From assembly GCA_963677495.2 (NCBI GenBank), contig CAXXOU010000004.1:224001-288000 (forward strand): DNA of 64,000 bases, given 5' to 3'. Source of the DNA: Candidatus Cloacimonadales bacterium. Lineage in GTDB: Bacteria > Cloacimonadota > Cloacimonadia > Cloacimonadales > JAFGVF01. Below are positions 51,656-62,800 of the stretch, piece after piece; position 1 is the stretch's first letter; every line of letters begins with the position of its first letter. Below the pieces are notes generated by a model. It saw nothing but the letters and a program-made list of their open reading frames with translations. It was not told the origin of the DNA and searched no databases. A program made the position numbers and the translations under genes.

Positions 51656-52959
51656 TGAAGATTGTTTTTATTCTACTTGTTCTTAGCACAACCTTGCTAT
51701 TTGCTACAGATAAAAGTGTAGCAGATGATTATTTTAATGCTCTAAAAACTGAGAACTATAAACATGCTTTTGATATAAGTACGAAAGCATTGCAAGATGC
51801 ATTACCGGAAGCTAAACTTCAAGAGATTTGGGAATCACTTCCCGTTCAAATGGGAAAGTATGAAGAACTAATAAAGGTGGAAACTGTTGAGCAGAAAGAG
51901 ATGGTCACCTACATATACAGTCTTAGTTTTGAGAAGTCAGTACTTGATATGAAGATCACTGTAGACAATGATAAGCTCGTCACCGGACTGTTCTTCACAC
52001 CATCATCAGTTCCAAAACCCGGTGAAGAGAACAAGCTTCCTAATTATATTGCCCCTGACAATATAGAGGAAGAGAAGATTAGTTTCAACTGTGATGGATA
52101 TGATATAAATGGTAAGATTGTCACTCCAAAGGGAGTTAAAGAGTTCCCTATTGTTCTGATGCTGACAGGCTCAGGTCCAAATGATATGGATGAGACAATT
52201 TACCAAAGAAAGCCTTTTAGAGACATAGCATATGGACTTGGTAACAAAGGCATAGCAACTCTAAGATGGAGCAAACGCACCCGTGATTATCCTAACATTG
52301 TAGACGATAAACCTCAGTTCAATATTGAAAACGAATATGCTGAAGAGGTTACAGCTGCTTTAAGCTTCATAAAGACTAAGTACCCAAAAGCCAAGTTATA
52401 CCTGTTAGGTCACAGCCTTGGTGCAACTGTCATACCTGCGATTGCAAACTCAACTAACGACTTCGAAGGTTATCTTATGCTTGCAGGCACAGCTTTCAAA
52501 CTTGAAGATGTTGTACTCGACCAGTACAAACGTATCTTTGCTATGGATGGACTTGATGATAAAGAGAAAGAGATTATTGAGGAGACCAAAAGACAAGTTA
52601 AGGAAGTCAAAGCTCTAACAGAAGAGACTAAGGTGTCTTCTCCCCTTCTTTTAGGTGTCAGCAAACCATACTGGTTATCAATGAATAGATACAATCAAGT
52701 CGATGAGTTTAAGAAGATGACTAAACCTGTACTCGTTCTGCAGGGAGAGAAGGATTATCAGGTGCTAATGGATGACTATGAAGCTTGGGAAGAAGCTGCT
52801 GATGAGAGAAAGAACTTCACGTTCAAAAGCTACCCATTCCTTGACCATCTGTTTATGCTCTGTACCGGTGAAAGCACACCTGATTCCTATTTAGAGAAGA
52901 AGTATGTCTCTAAAACACTTATAAATGATATTGCTGAATGGATAATATCAATCCAGTAA
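51655..52959 (+). CDS. Secreted alpha/beta hydrolase with DUF3887-like N-terminus
   Basis: GSGPNDMD, GHSLG, QGEKDYQV, LDHLF. Confidence 0.88.
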   Translation: MKIVFILLVLSTTLLFATDKSVADDYFNALKTENYKHAFDISTKALQDALPEAKLQEIWESLPVQMGKYEELIKVETVEQKEMVTYIYSLSFEKSVLDMKITVDNDKLVTGLFFTPSSVPKPGEENKLPNYIAPDNIEEEKISFNCDGYDINGKIVTPKGVKEFPIVLMLTGSGPNDMDETIYQRKPFRDIAYGLGNKGIATLRWSKRTRDYPNIVDDKPQFNIENEYAEEVTAALSFIKTKYPKAKLYLLGHSLGATVIPAIANSTNDFEGYLMLAGTAFKLEDVVLDQYKRIFAMDGLDDKEKEIIEETKRQVKEVKALTEETKVSSPLLLGVSKPYWLSMNRYNQVDEFKKMTKPVLVLQGEKDYQVLMDDYEAWEEAADERKNFTFKSYPFLDHLFMLCTGESTPDSYLEKKYVSKTLINDIAEWIISIQ

Positions 52960-53039
52960 CAATTCATCTTGACTTAATTGTTAATATTTTTATTTTTCGA
53001 TGAATGTAGAGATGCTTATTCATCTAAAAGGAGTAGTCT

Positions 53040-54365
53040 ATGATTAAATTTAAACATGTTCATATTTGGGGATTTAAGAATCCTGAGCTAGAAGTTAGAT
53101 TGGATTTTTCCCAGAATAACACATCCATTTTGCATGGGCAGAATGGATCTGGGAAAACAACCTTTTTAAGGATCCTCTTCGCTTTACTTTCCCACGACTC
53201 TCAGATATTGAAAGATGAGAATGTCAGAAGAATTGAGCTAGTTTTTAAAGATTTGAGCAAGAAAGGAGCAAATTCGGTTGCAAAATTGAACATGTTAAAT
53301 GATTTCGAACCAGACTTGTTTAAAAATGATCATACAATATTTAAAAATATTGATATTAAATATAATTGGGAGCAATTTGACAGCAAGTTTCCATACCAGC
53401 TAAAGTCAGTATTTTTAGGAATAGATAGAGGTGTTCCGATACAAACAGAGAAAATAAGTTCAGATATGATTTATGAGTACTTCAGGCATCCAAGATATCG
53501 AAGTGTTCTAAGAGATTTAGGAGTTAAAACGGACTATTCCTCATTAAAAGAGTTATCAAAAAGTTTAACATCGTTCATCAATCTTAGAAATAGACGTATG
53601 AGAAGAAGAAACAGAATCAATGATGAGATTTTATTAACAAAAAACAATATAATGTTAAACAGAATCAATGTAGATGACATTGAATACTTAATAATTGATC
53701 GATATTTAGAGGCCAGATATGCGACAACTCAACGAATTCAAGAAGCATTGTTTCAAACTTTTGCTATAGCTATCGAAAAAGATCCAAAACTTGTTGAAAA
53801 GTTGCCCAAGGATTTTGATGGAATTATTGATGAGAGTAGAGATCGACTAATTGAAGCTTTAGAGGAGTCACCTGACAATGCTTTTACTCGAAAATTGAAA
53901 AGGATTTTGCAAGATAAGGATTATTTAGCATTAGAGCAAGATGACAGTAATCTAGTAAAAACACTACTATATAAGATGATAACTGAGTTAGATAAAGAGA
54001 AACAATTGATACAATCGATAAATGTACTAATAGATACCTTTAATTCACATATGTCTGATAATAAAAAATTGGTGATAAAAAATAGAAGTTTAGAAGTCTC
54101 CATCAATGAAGACAATCATCCGTTAAGTAAGCTTTCAAGTGGTGAAAGACATTTACTAACGTTTCTTGTTACTGTGTTAGTCCTTGGAGAGAACAGAGAC
54201 TTCCTAATTGTTGACGAACCTGAAATTTCACTAAACACATTGTGGCAACGAACACTGCTCCCCCTTATGGAAAAGTTAGTTCCAAATACACAAATAATTG
54301 TTGCTACACATAGCCCCTCTATTGCAAAATATAATCTCTCTAACTTAGTAGATCTGCGGAGATAG
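53040..54365 (+). CDS. ABC/AAA ATPase, PARIS AriA-like
   Basis: GQNGSGKT, LSSGE, IVDEPEISL, ATHSP. Confidence 0.85.
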   Translation: MIKFKHVHIWGFKNPELEVRLDFSQNNTSILHGQNGSGKTTFLRILFALLSHDSQILKDENVRRIELVFKDLSKKGANSVAKLNMLNDFEPDLFKNDHTIFKNIDIKYNWEQFDSKFPYQLKSVFLGIDRGVPIQTEKISSDMIYEYFRHPRYRSVLRDLGVKTDYSSLKELSKSLTSFINLRNRRMRRRNRINDEILLTKNNIMLNRINVDDIEYLIIDRYLEARYATTQRIQEALFQTFAIAIEKDPKLVEKLPKDFDGIIDESRDRLIEALEESPDNAFTRKLKRILQDKDYLALEQDDSNLVKTLLYKMITELDKEKQLIQSINVLIDTFNSHMSDNKKLVIKNRSLEVSINEDNHPLSKLSSGERHLLTFLVTVLVLGENRDFLIVDEPEISLNTLWQRTLLPLMEKLVPNTQIIVATHSPSIAKYNLSNLVDLRR

Positions 54366-54367
54366 TA

Positions 54368-55276
54368 ATGCTAATATATGACCCAGAAGAAGAGCTTGCT
54401 GATGCTTTTATGCATAAAACTCCATTAATTGTAGTAGAAGGAGTTGATGATGTGCCTATATATTATAGAATTGCTGCGAAAGCAAACCTTAATCCAGAAA
54501 TTGTCGCTGCAGAAATATATTTTGATATTGATGAAGGCTGTGAAGCTGTAATAGAGTTTACCAAACAATTACAGCATCAATTGACGAGTAACGCAGAGTT
54601 ATTAAACTACTTCTTAGCAATAATTGATTGTGATACAAGATATTATCGAAATACAATTCCTAACTTAACTGGAATTTTCATACTTAGATATTATTCTATC
54701 GAATCCCACTTCGTGACAAGAAATCATACAAAAGAATTAATCAGGTTATTAACTAATGCTCCAAGTGCAAAGATAATTAATCAAGATATAGACTTTGTCG
54801 AAACGCCATTTGTTAACTTGTTAGAGCTTTTGTATTATTCATCTTTAGAAGCCCTTAAAAATTCTATGATAGACACATATACATCTTTGATTGGGTTTAG
54901 TGAAAGCATCATAAGAGTAATCAATGATTCTCAACTCAAAGACTTGATACTTTTAAAGAAACAGGAGTTAGACGAGTTTGCAGAGAACTATAACCTCTCT
55001 TTGGACAGAGAGGTTTTAAAACATATATCTAAGGGTAAATGGTTACTAGATATTTACGTTAAAGGTATAGTTAAAGGGATAAAATCTTTGCAAACATATT
55101 GTGGGCAACATAGACTTCAGTCTTGCGATTGTTGTAAATCGGGGAAACCTAACAAGTGCATGTTTAAAATGTCGAAAGGGTTTCAAGAACAAGCTATAAA
55201 AGCGATATTGCTTCAACATATTGATATAGAAGAAATAACATACATTATTGATGAATTCAATAAACTTGCACAATAG
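54368..55276 (+). CDS. DUF4435 TOPRIM-like nuclease, PARIS AriB-like
   Basis: VVEGVDD, GCEAV, IIDCD, YSIESHF, KGKW. Confidence 0.8.
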   Translation: MLIYDPEEELADAFMHKTPLIVVEGVDDVPIYYRIAAKANLNPEIVAAEIYFDIDEGCEAVIEFTKQLQHQLTSNAELLNYFLAIIDCDTRYYRNTIPNLTGIFILRYYSIESHFVTRNHTKELIRLLTNAPSAKIINQDIDFVETPFVNLLELLYYSSLEALKNSMIDTYTSLIGFSESIIRVINDSQLKDLILLKKQELDEFAENYNLSLDREVLKHISKGKWLLDIYVKGIVKGIKSLQTYCGQHRLQSCDCCKSGKPNKCMFKMSKGFQEQAIKAILLQHIDIEEITYIIDEFNKLAQ

Positions 55277-55291
55277 ATTCTCGGAGTTACA

Positions 55292-56104
55292 ATGAAATAC
55301 TTTATCTCATTTGATTTTGAAGGTATAGCCGGAGTGACATTCTGGCGTGAGACAGAGAAAGATGCACGGTTCGAGAAGCTTGCAACCAAGCAGCTTTTAG
55401 CATATATGGAAGGGATTAAGGCTGAAGACCCGGATGCTGAGATACTACTTTGTGATTCACATAATGATGGTAGTAATATTCATTGGGAGTTAATGCCGGA
55501 ATATGTAAAGCTTGTACGTGGTTATCCAAGAACATACTATATGGTTGAGGGTTTGGATAAGAGTTTCGATAAACTGATTCTCTTCGGATATCATAGTCCA
55601 ATTGGTGGTGGTGGGATGATGGATCACAGCTACTCATCTTCATCTTTCTATGAAGTTAAAGTCAATGGTCAGATTGTCGATGAAGCTCTTATCAACAGCT
55701 ATTACAGCTCTGAGTTAAGAATCCCAACAGCGTGCTATTATGGTGATGATAAAGGCATTGAGTTTGCTAAGCAACACTTCAAAGGTGCTATCTTCGTTGA
55801 AGCCAAGAAAGCTGTTTCTAGATTCTCCGGTGTTATGGAGTCTGAAGAAGTAATACTCAAGCGCCTTGTTCAAGCAGGAAAAGATACTGTAAGTGTTGAG
55901 GTTAAGCCATTAGAACTCAAATATCCTGTGAAAGTTGAGATTAAATTTACTGATTCGACCAGAGGCTATATTGCAAGTATCATCCCCGGGGTTGAGACAA
56001 TCTCACCACGAGAAACTGTCTATACAGCTAAGGATTACAAAGAATTTTATAGATATCTAATGACAGTTGCAACCATGTGTTCGACCGCAAGTGGGATTAG
56101 GTAG
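55292..56104 (+). CDS. dppA: M55 D-aminopeptidase (DppA-like)
   Basis: ISFDFEGIAG, CDSH, GYHS, DHSY. Confidence 0.9.
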   Translation: MKYFISFDFEGIAGVTFWRETEKDARFEKLATKQLLAYMEGIKAEDPDAEILLCDSHNDGSNIHWELMPEYVKLVRGYPRTYYMVEGLDKSFDKLILFGYHSPIGGGGMMDHSYSSSSFYEVKVNGQIVDEALINSYYSSELRIPTACYYGDDKGIEFAKQHFKGAIFVEAKKAVSRFSGVMESEEVILKRLVQAGKDTVSVEVKPLELKYPVKVEIKFTDSTRGYIASIIPGVETISPRETVYTAKDYKEFYRYLMTVATMCSTASGIR

Positions 56105-56189
56105 ATACGGGGATTTGTTTATAAGTGTGTTCCGATTCCAGTCATCTGGGATGAATACGAACAGACTTTAGTGCAAACTCATAGAAAGC

Positions 56190-56570
56190 AAGCATTATCC
56201 CAACGGGATAAAATGTGAGTAGCCATTTATGAAATGCATGTACTAAGCAACAACTTATAATACATCATTCTCCCGAAAACCCCTAACTTTCAAGTAGGGG
56301 CATGTGGGAAAACAAATTAGCCTTCCCCCCCTCCCCGGATTTTGCATCGAAATCCGGGGAGGGTGGGATTTTAATATCATAATAAAGATAAGCCACCAGA
56401 TAAATCTGGTGGTTCTGGGAAACAATTGTTGCGGAATATAATGTATATGAATTATCGTATTTCTTTTCTCATTATGAATGTTTAACCCCGTTGGGGTTGC
56501 GTTGTAGGAGGGTATCATAAACCCCGAATTGCATTCGGGGCTACTCACATGTAACCTTTTCAGGGTTTAT
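56190..56570. repeat. Cluster of REP-like palindromes
   Basis: ctccccggattt..aaatccggggag, ccaccagataaatctggtgg, aaccccgttggggtt, ccccgaattgcattcgggg. Confidence 0.7.
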
Positions 56571-56573
56571 GAA

Positions 56574-56807
56574 TTCAGCACACAAGGTGCTGGTTGTTAT
56601 TCTGATGTTGTCTATGGGCTTGCGCCCATAGCTATTGTTGTTCAGCACATAAAGTGCTGGTATCAGAAACACAAAATGGGCTTGCGACTATAGCTATTCA
56701 TGTTCAGCACATAGAGTGCTGGGATTTAAAACACTAATGGGCTTGCGCCTATAGCTATTCATGTTCAGCACATAAAGTGCTGGTATCAGAAACACAAAAG
56801 GGCTTGT
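56574..56807 (+). repeat. Tandem array of about 62-bp REP-like units (about 4 copies)
   Basis: Units start at 56574, 56641, 56703, 56764 with ttcagcac..gtgctgg and tgggcttgcg..atagctatt. Confidence 0.85.
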
Positions 56808-56832
56808 GCTCATCTCTAAATAAAAGTTGTAA

Positions 56833-57300
56833 TTACAACTTTAGGAATACCTCATAATTGGTTACTTTATCAATAAGAGTTGGGGCGTACCTTTTCCAGA
56901 TAGCTAGAGAAGCCTTGTTACCGACTTCAATTGTACTTCTTAGTTCCGAAATACCCATTGCCCCTGCTTCATCCAATATAAGCTTAAAAGCTTCAGTAGT
57001 ATATCCTCTACCTCTGTTCTTCGAAGCTAACCAGTAACCACATCTGGCAGAATTTCTTTCCTCATTAATATGGCTAATGGATATCATGCCAATTGCTGAA
57101 TCGTTCAACATAATACAATAACTGATAGAATTCGTTTTATTCATCCATTGGATGACGGTTTCATACATATTGTCACTGGTGATATTAGTATCCTTCATAC
57201 CCAATTCTATTCGCAGAATCTCATCACCATTTACAGTATAATGCAAATCTACTATATTATCTTTGTTTATTCTCTCAATTCTTAACCTATCTTTCTGCAT
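56833..57300 (-). CDS. GNAT acetyltransferase (RimJ/RimL-like)
   Basis: CGYWL..RGRGYTTEA, NKASL. Confidence 0.85.
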   Translation of the reverse strand: MQKDRLRIERINKDNIVDLHYTVNGDEILRIELGMKDTNITSDNMYETVIQWMNKTNSISYCIMLNDSAIGMISISHINEERNSARCGYWLASKNRGRGYTTEAFKLILDEAGAMGISELRSTIEVGNKASLAIWKRYAPTLIDKVTNYEVFLKL

Positions 57301-57425
57301 TGCTTGAAACAGAAAAAATGGTTCGAGAAGTCAAGTGTAAAATAATGTGATAATCGCTGAGAATTCAATTGACCAAGATTAATAATCAATATAATAGGAG
57401 ATAACTTTTATATGAGGATTTAAGA

Positions 57426-59043
57426 ATGGAATATATATTTACAAATGGCACAATATTGACTATGACTGATGAGGAAAATCCTGAAGCAGTTTATGTGAAA
57501 AATGACACTATACAATTCGTTGGATTATATGATATATGCGTCTCTTTAGCATCTGACACAGTTGAAGTTATAGATTTGAAAGGAAGAGTTTTACTTCCCG
57601 GATTTATCGATACTCACACTCATTTCTTTGAGTATGCAAAAACCTTCTTCGCTGTTGACCTTAATCCTGCTCAGTCAGTTGAAGATGTTCGTAAGATTCT
57701 AATAGATTATCGTGCTAAAATGTCAGATGAGATTGAATGGGTAGGGGGTAGTGGTTGGAATAAGAATATATATCCTGATCTTACCGGTTTTAATAAGACT
57801 TTACTAGACGAGATATTCCCGGATATACCTGTCTCGATTGAGAGTAAAGATTTCCATACAAAGATATGCAATAGTCTAGCACTTGAACGAGCCGGAATTG
57901 ATAGAAATACTCCTGATCCTGACGGTGGTAAGATAGGTAGATTTGATGATGGAGAGCCGGATGGTTTTACTTATGAAAAGGCTTGGGATTTAATTGATAG
58001 TGTTAAACCTTCTTACTCCAAAGAACTGATGAAGAAAGCTGTTAATAAGGCAGTTCAGCAATGCTATAAGTATGGGCTTACAGGTGTACATGTGATGAGA
58101 GGACGAGGAGAAGTTTGAACTCTACAAAGAGATGTGTAGTGAAGATCTTAAGTTCAGATTCTGTTGGCATTTCCCATCCGCTATATTGGACTCTATAATC
58201 TCAAAAGGCATCACTTCATACACAGGAGATGAAACAATCAAAATCGGTGGCATGAAAATCTTCATGGATGGTTCACTAGGCTCACAATCAGCATGGATGT
58301 ATGAGCCATACTCCGGAACAGAGAATTATGGAATGGTAATACTTCCTGAAGAGGAACTTTATAAACTAGTTAAGAAAGGTGCATTAAACGGGGTTAGTAG
58401 CACTATTCATGGGATAGGAGACAGGTGTAACAACTTGATCTTAAGAGTTTTTGAGCGAGTTAATAATGAACTGGGAGTTAAGCTTCCCCATAGAATTGAA
58501 CACTTACAGTGTATCAGGCCTGAAGATCACCACTATTTGATCGAAAATGATGTTTATTGTGCGGTACAACCTGTTCATATTAAAGCTGATGTTGAAACAA
58601 TCAAAGAATATTGGCCTCATTGTGAGAAAAATGTTTATCCACTTAAATCACTATTGAATAAAGGTGTGACCTTAGGTTTTGGTTCTGACGCACCGGTTGA
58701 AACTATAAATCCATTTGAAGGAATCTATTCAGCTGTAACAAGAAAATACTTGAACAAACCAGAAAACGAAAGCTGGACACCTGAGCAAACATTATCAGTT
58801 ATGCAAGCAATTAGGGGATATACGATAGATGCTGCCAAGGGCTCTATGTCAGAAAAACTAAGAGGTTCTATCGAGCAGGATAAACTTGCTGATTTAATTA
58901 TTTTGGATTCCTTACCTGGGACTACGAATAGTAGTAAAGAGCTGGAAGAATGGTTGTGTATTGAGTCAGATTTAACAATGATAGCAGGAGAAATCGTATA
59001 TCAGAAAATGGCTGATAACACAGAAGCTCTCAACTTCTTGTAA
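57426..59043 (+). pseudogene. Amidohydrolase_3 (YtcJ-like) split by a 1-bp insertion near 58098
   Basis: PGFIDTHTH in ORF 57426-58118; KIFMDGSLGS, HRIEH, GSDAPV in ORF 58132-59043; removing one A restores HVMEDEEKFELYKEM. Confidence 0.8.
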
Positions 59044-59251
59044 GAGAGGTAAATCACTAACAGATATCTCTCAGCTCCAATTACCACATATGTTAAGCTT
59101 AATTACCTAGCTAATAATTACTTGACATTATCAGATATTGCGTTGTAATGTGTTATTGGGAAATTGTCTACAATAGTAAATTGTAAGTTAACAATAGCTT
59201 TTAATATTGGATTTCACCAAAATTGATTATTATTTAGACGAGGTATCGTTA

Positions 59252-59830
59252 ATGTATAATATTATTAAACGAGCATTTACAGATGCTCAGCAAGTACTTG
59301 ATCAGTTTATTACAGACGAGAACTTGCAAGTGGTTGAAGCTATCAGTCAGTGTCTGATCGAAGCTTTTAACAAAGGAAATAAAGTAATAATTTTTGGAAA
59401 TGGAGGCAGTGCAACTGATGCAATGCATTTTGCTGAGGAGTTTACAGGTCGATTCAGAAAAGATCGGAGAGCTTTACCGGCAATAGCATTAAGTGACAGT
59501 TCACATATCACATGTGTAGGCAACGATTACGGGTTTGAAGACATTTTCGCTCGTGGGGTAGAGGCTTACGTCAAAGATGGAGATGTTGTTATTGGATTAT
59601 CAACAAGTGGAAATTCCGGTAACATCATTAAGGGTTTAAATAAAGCTAAGGAAATGAAGGCTACCACGATCGCCCTTCTTGGAAAGGACGGTGGTAGATT
59701 AAGAGGGAAGTGTGATCGGGAAATAATAGTACCCGGTGACACATCTGATCGCATTCAGGAAATACATATGATGGCATTACATATCATCATAGAAGGGGTC
59801 GAGAGAGCCCTGTTCCCTGAAAACTATTAA
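59252..59830 (+). CDS. gmhA: Sedoheptulose-7-phosphate isomerase
   Basis: FGNGGSA, GNDYG, STSGNS, RIQEIH; start 59252 after gagg. Confidence 0.95.
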   Translation: MYNIIKRAFTDAQQVLDQFITDENLQVVEAISQCLIEAFNKGNKVIIFGNGGSATDAMHFAEEFTGRFRKDRRALPAIALSDSSHITCVGNDYGFEDIFARGVEAYVKDGDVVIGLSTSGNSGNIIKGLNKAKEMKATTIALLGKDGGRLRGKCDREIIVPGDTSDRIQEIHMMALHIIIEGVERALFPENY

Positions 59831-59843
59831 AGAGAGTGTGCAT

Positions 59844-62800
59844 ATGAAGTTAAAACTAGTAATTGTAATTTTCCTATTGTTGACTTTGTTATCATTGCAA
59901 GCAACAGTGCGAAATGTTGCTCCGGTGCTAGACACATCTTATGATGTTGTTCTAGTTTCTATACAGGAGGGTGATCTAGATAGTATGGGTAACACTGTAC
60001 AACAGATAGTTGATCCTGCTTCGATAACAGATGGAGATGGAGGTGTTGTATCAGCTATTGCTGTTACAGAAGTTGATAACACTAATGGTAGTTGGCAATA
60101 TTCACTGAATGATGGTGCAAGTTGGCATGATTTTTCAGCAACTACAGGCTCAGTTGTTGATATTTCAACACAAGCAAGACTGTTGGATGGCTCCTTATCA
60201 GGTGGGCAGACAAACAAGATAAGGTTTGTACCTTTACCAGATTATCCTGACACATTAGCGTGGACTCCACCGGACATTCCTTATGATGGAGCTTCCTATT
60301 TTAAGTTCAGAGCTTGGGATAGAGTAGCAGGTATCACTGGACTTACAGCTGACGTTTCTTTAAATGGTGGCAGTACATCGTTCAGTTCTAATGAAGATGT
60401 TGCTAGAATTACTATACTTGCCGTAAATGATGATCCGGTTCTATATTACAATGGTCAAGAAGTGACCGGAGTAATGGATTTAGGGTTTGATATTGACGAA
60501 GATACTTCATATCACTTTCAGTCAGGTGAGTTAATCGTAGATGACCCTGATATTGGCAATAATCAAATCATTTTTGATATAGAAGCAAGGAAAGGCATCC
60601 TTGACTTTGTAAACGTTAGCGGAAGATTCATTTCCGGTAACGGTACTTCTAATGTTACAATCGTGACTGACTTGGTTGAGCTTAATCAAATACTTGATGA
60701 TTGTTCATATTACTATCCAAACCAGGATTTGAATCATACAGAAGTTTTGACAATCCGCATAAATGACCAGTTCTGGAGTGGAATAGGTGGCGGACAGGAT
60801 GTTGTAAGACAGCTGACTTTCTGGATTAATCCGGTAAATGATGCACCTGTACTTAATACCGGATATACACCTAGATTAACTTCCATCCCAGAAGATGATT
60901 TAGATAATGATGGCAATTCTATAAGTAGTATTATTCCTAACGGTTCTATATATGATGTAGACACTACCGCTGTAGAAGCTATGGCAGTTATATCTGTGGA
61001 TAATACAAACGGTACTTGGGAATACTCTACCAACAATGGTGATAATTGGCAAAGTATTAGTCAACAGATCGGGGTCAATGACCAATTTGAAACAAATGCC
61101 CTACTTCTTGATGGTGAGTTAACCGGAGATCAGACTCATAGAATGAGATTCTTACCAAACCTTAATTTCCATGGGACAGCATCATTTGCTTTTAGGGCTT
61201 GGGACAAAACAGATGGGCTCTCAGCCTCTCGTATAAATGCAACTGTAAACGGTGATACGATGAGTATTAGTGCAGCTTCGGACAACGGACTAATATCAGT
61301 AACATCTATAAATGATGTTCCGGCTGTTTATTATAAGAACGAGCATGAGGCTGATACACTTCAAGTGTTTATTCCAATAACTTCTCCGATGAATCATACG
61401 TTTGCTCCTGAAGATTCATTGGATATTTTTGATCCGGATATAGGCAATAATGTAATGATGGTCAACATTATTACTGAAAGAGGTACTATGACATTCCATG
61501 GTGCTCGATCAAGATATGTTTCCAATAATGGTACCGGGAATGTAACTTTGACCGGAAACTTGGATACAATAAATGCTCATCTAGATAATGTAACATATAC
61601 TGTACCAGCGGGGGAAACCGGGTATGATTTCGTAGATTTTGTTATGAGTGACTTTGGCTATAGTGGATCAGGGGCATCTCAAACAATCCACAATATTATG
61701 CTTGTTCAGCTTTCTAATGTACCTCCTGTATATGAAAGCATCCCAATAACAAGTGCTTATGAGGACTCATTATACGAGTATATAATCACGACTTCTGATG
61801 CAGATACAAATCGTGTTTACATAGATTCATCTGTGCTTCCGGAATGGCTAACAATTACCGATAATGGTGACAATACCGCTACACTCTCCGGTATTCCAAC
61901 CAATGATCATGTTGGAGCTAATCCTGTTACAATAGATATTTGGGATTGGGTTACACCTGATACACCTGTACTTCAGCAGTTTGTGATAAATGTAATAAAT
62001 ACTAATGATGCTCCTCGTTTTACATCTAACCCAATATTGCAAGTCGATGAAGGTAGTCTGTATCAGTACAATGTAACTGCAGAAGATGTAGATGGAGGAA
62101 GTAATTTAGCTTTAGATGCTACAGTGCATCCGGATTGGCTTACTTTTACCGATAATGGTGATGGAACAGGATTACTTACAGGTACCCCTCTTAATGTACA
62201 TGTAGGTTTCCATCCGGTAACACTAACACTGACTGATGGTATTATTAGTTCAAATGTAACTCAGAGCTTTAATGTTGAAGTTATTGATGTGAACAGCCCA
62301 CCTTTTGTGACAGTACCAATACCTGATCAAAATACTGTTGAAGATTTCACACCGAATATTGTGATAGATTTAAGAAACCATTTTGATGATATAGATCCAA
62401 ATACAACACTAGTTTATTCTGCAACTTCTAATTTTGCAGAGATAAGAGCAAATGTTGTGGGTACAGATTTGATTCTTTCTCCTGCACCTGATTTCTTCGG
62501 CTCTACCGACGTTGAAGTAACAGCTGATGATCAACATGCATCTGGTGGAATTAGACCTTCAAATCAAACTAGAGACTGGATAACTGATACATTTACAGTT
62601 AATCTAGCACCTGTGAATGATGCTCCTAGATTCGTTTCTACTCCTGTTACAGTAGCGACCGAGAATGTTGCTTATACTTATAATGCACAAGCTATTGAAG
62701 TTGACCCCGGAGACCCAATAATTCTAGGTGCTACGACTTTACCTGGTTGGAGTTCATTTACAGATAATGGAAATGGCTTAGGTGTTTTAAGTGGTACACC

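Noticed and set aside
56574..56807. CRISPR array
   Set aside because: Linkers resemble each other, units are REP-like and no cas genes are present
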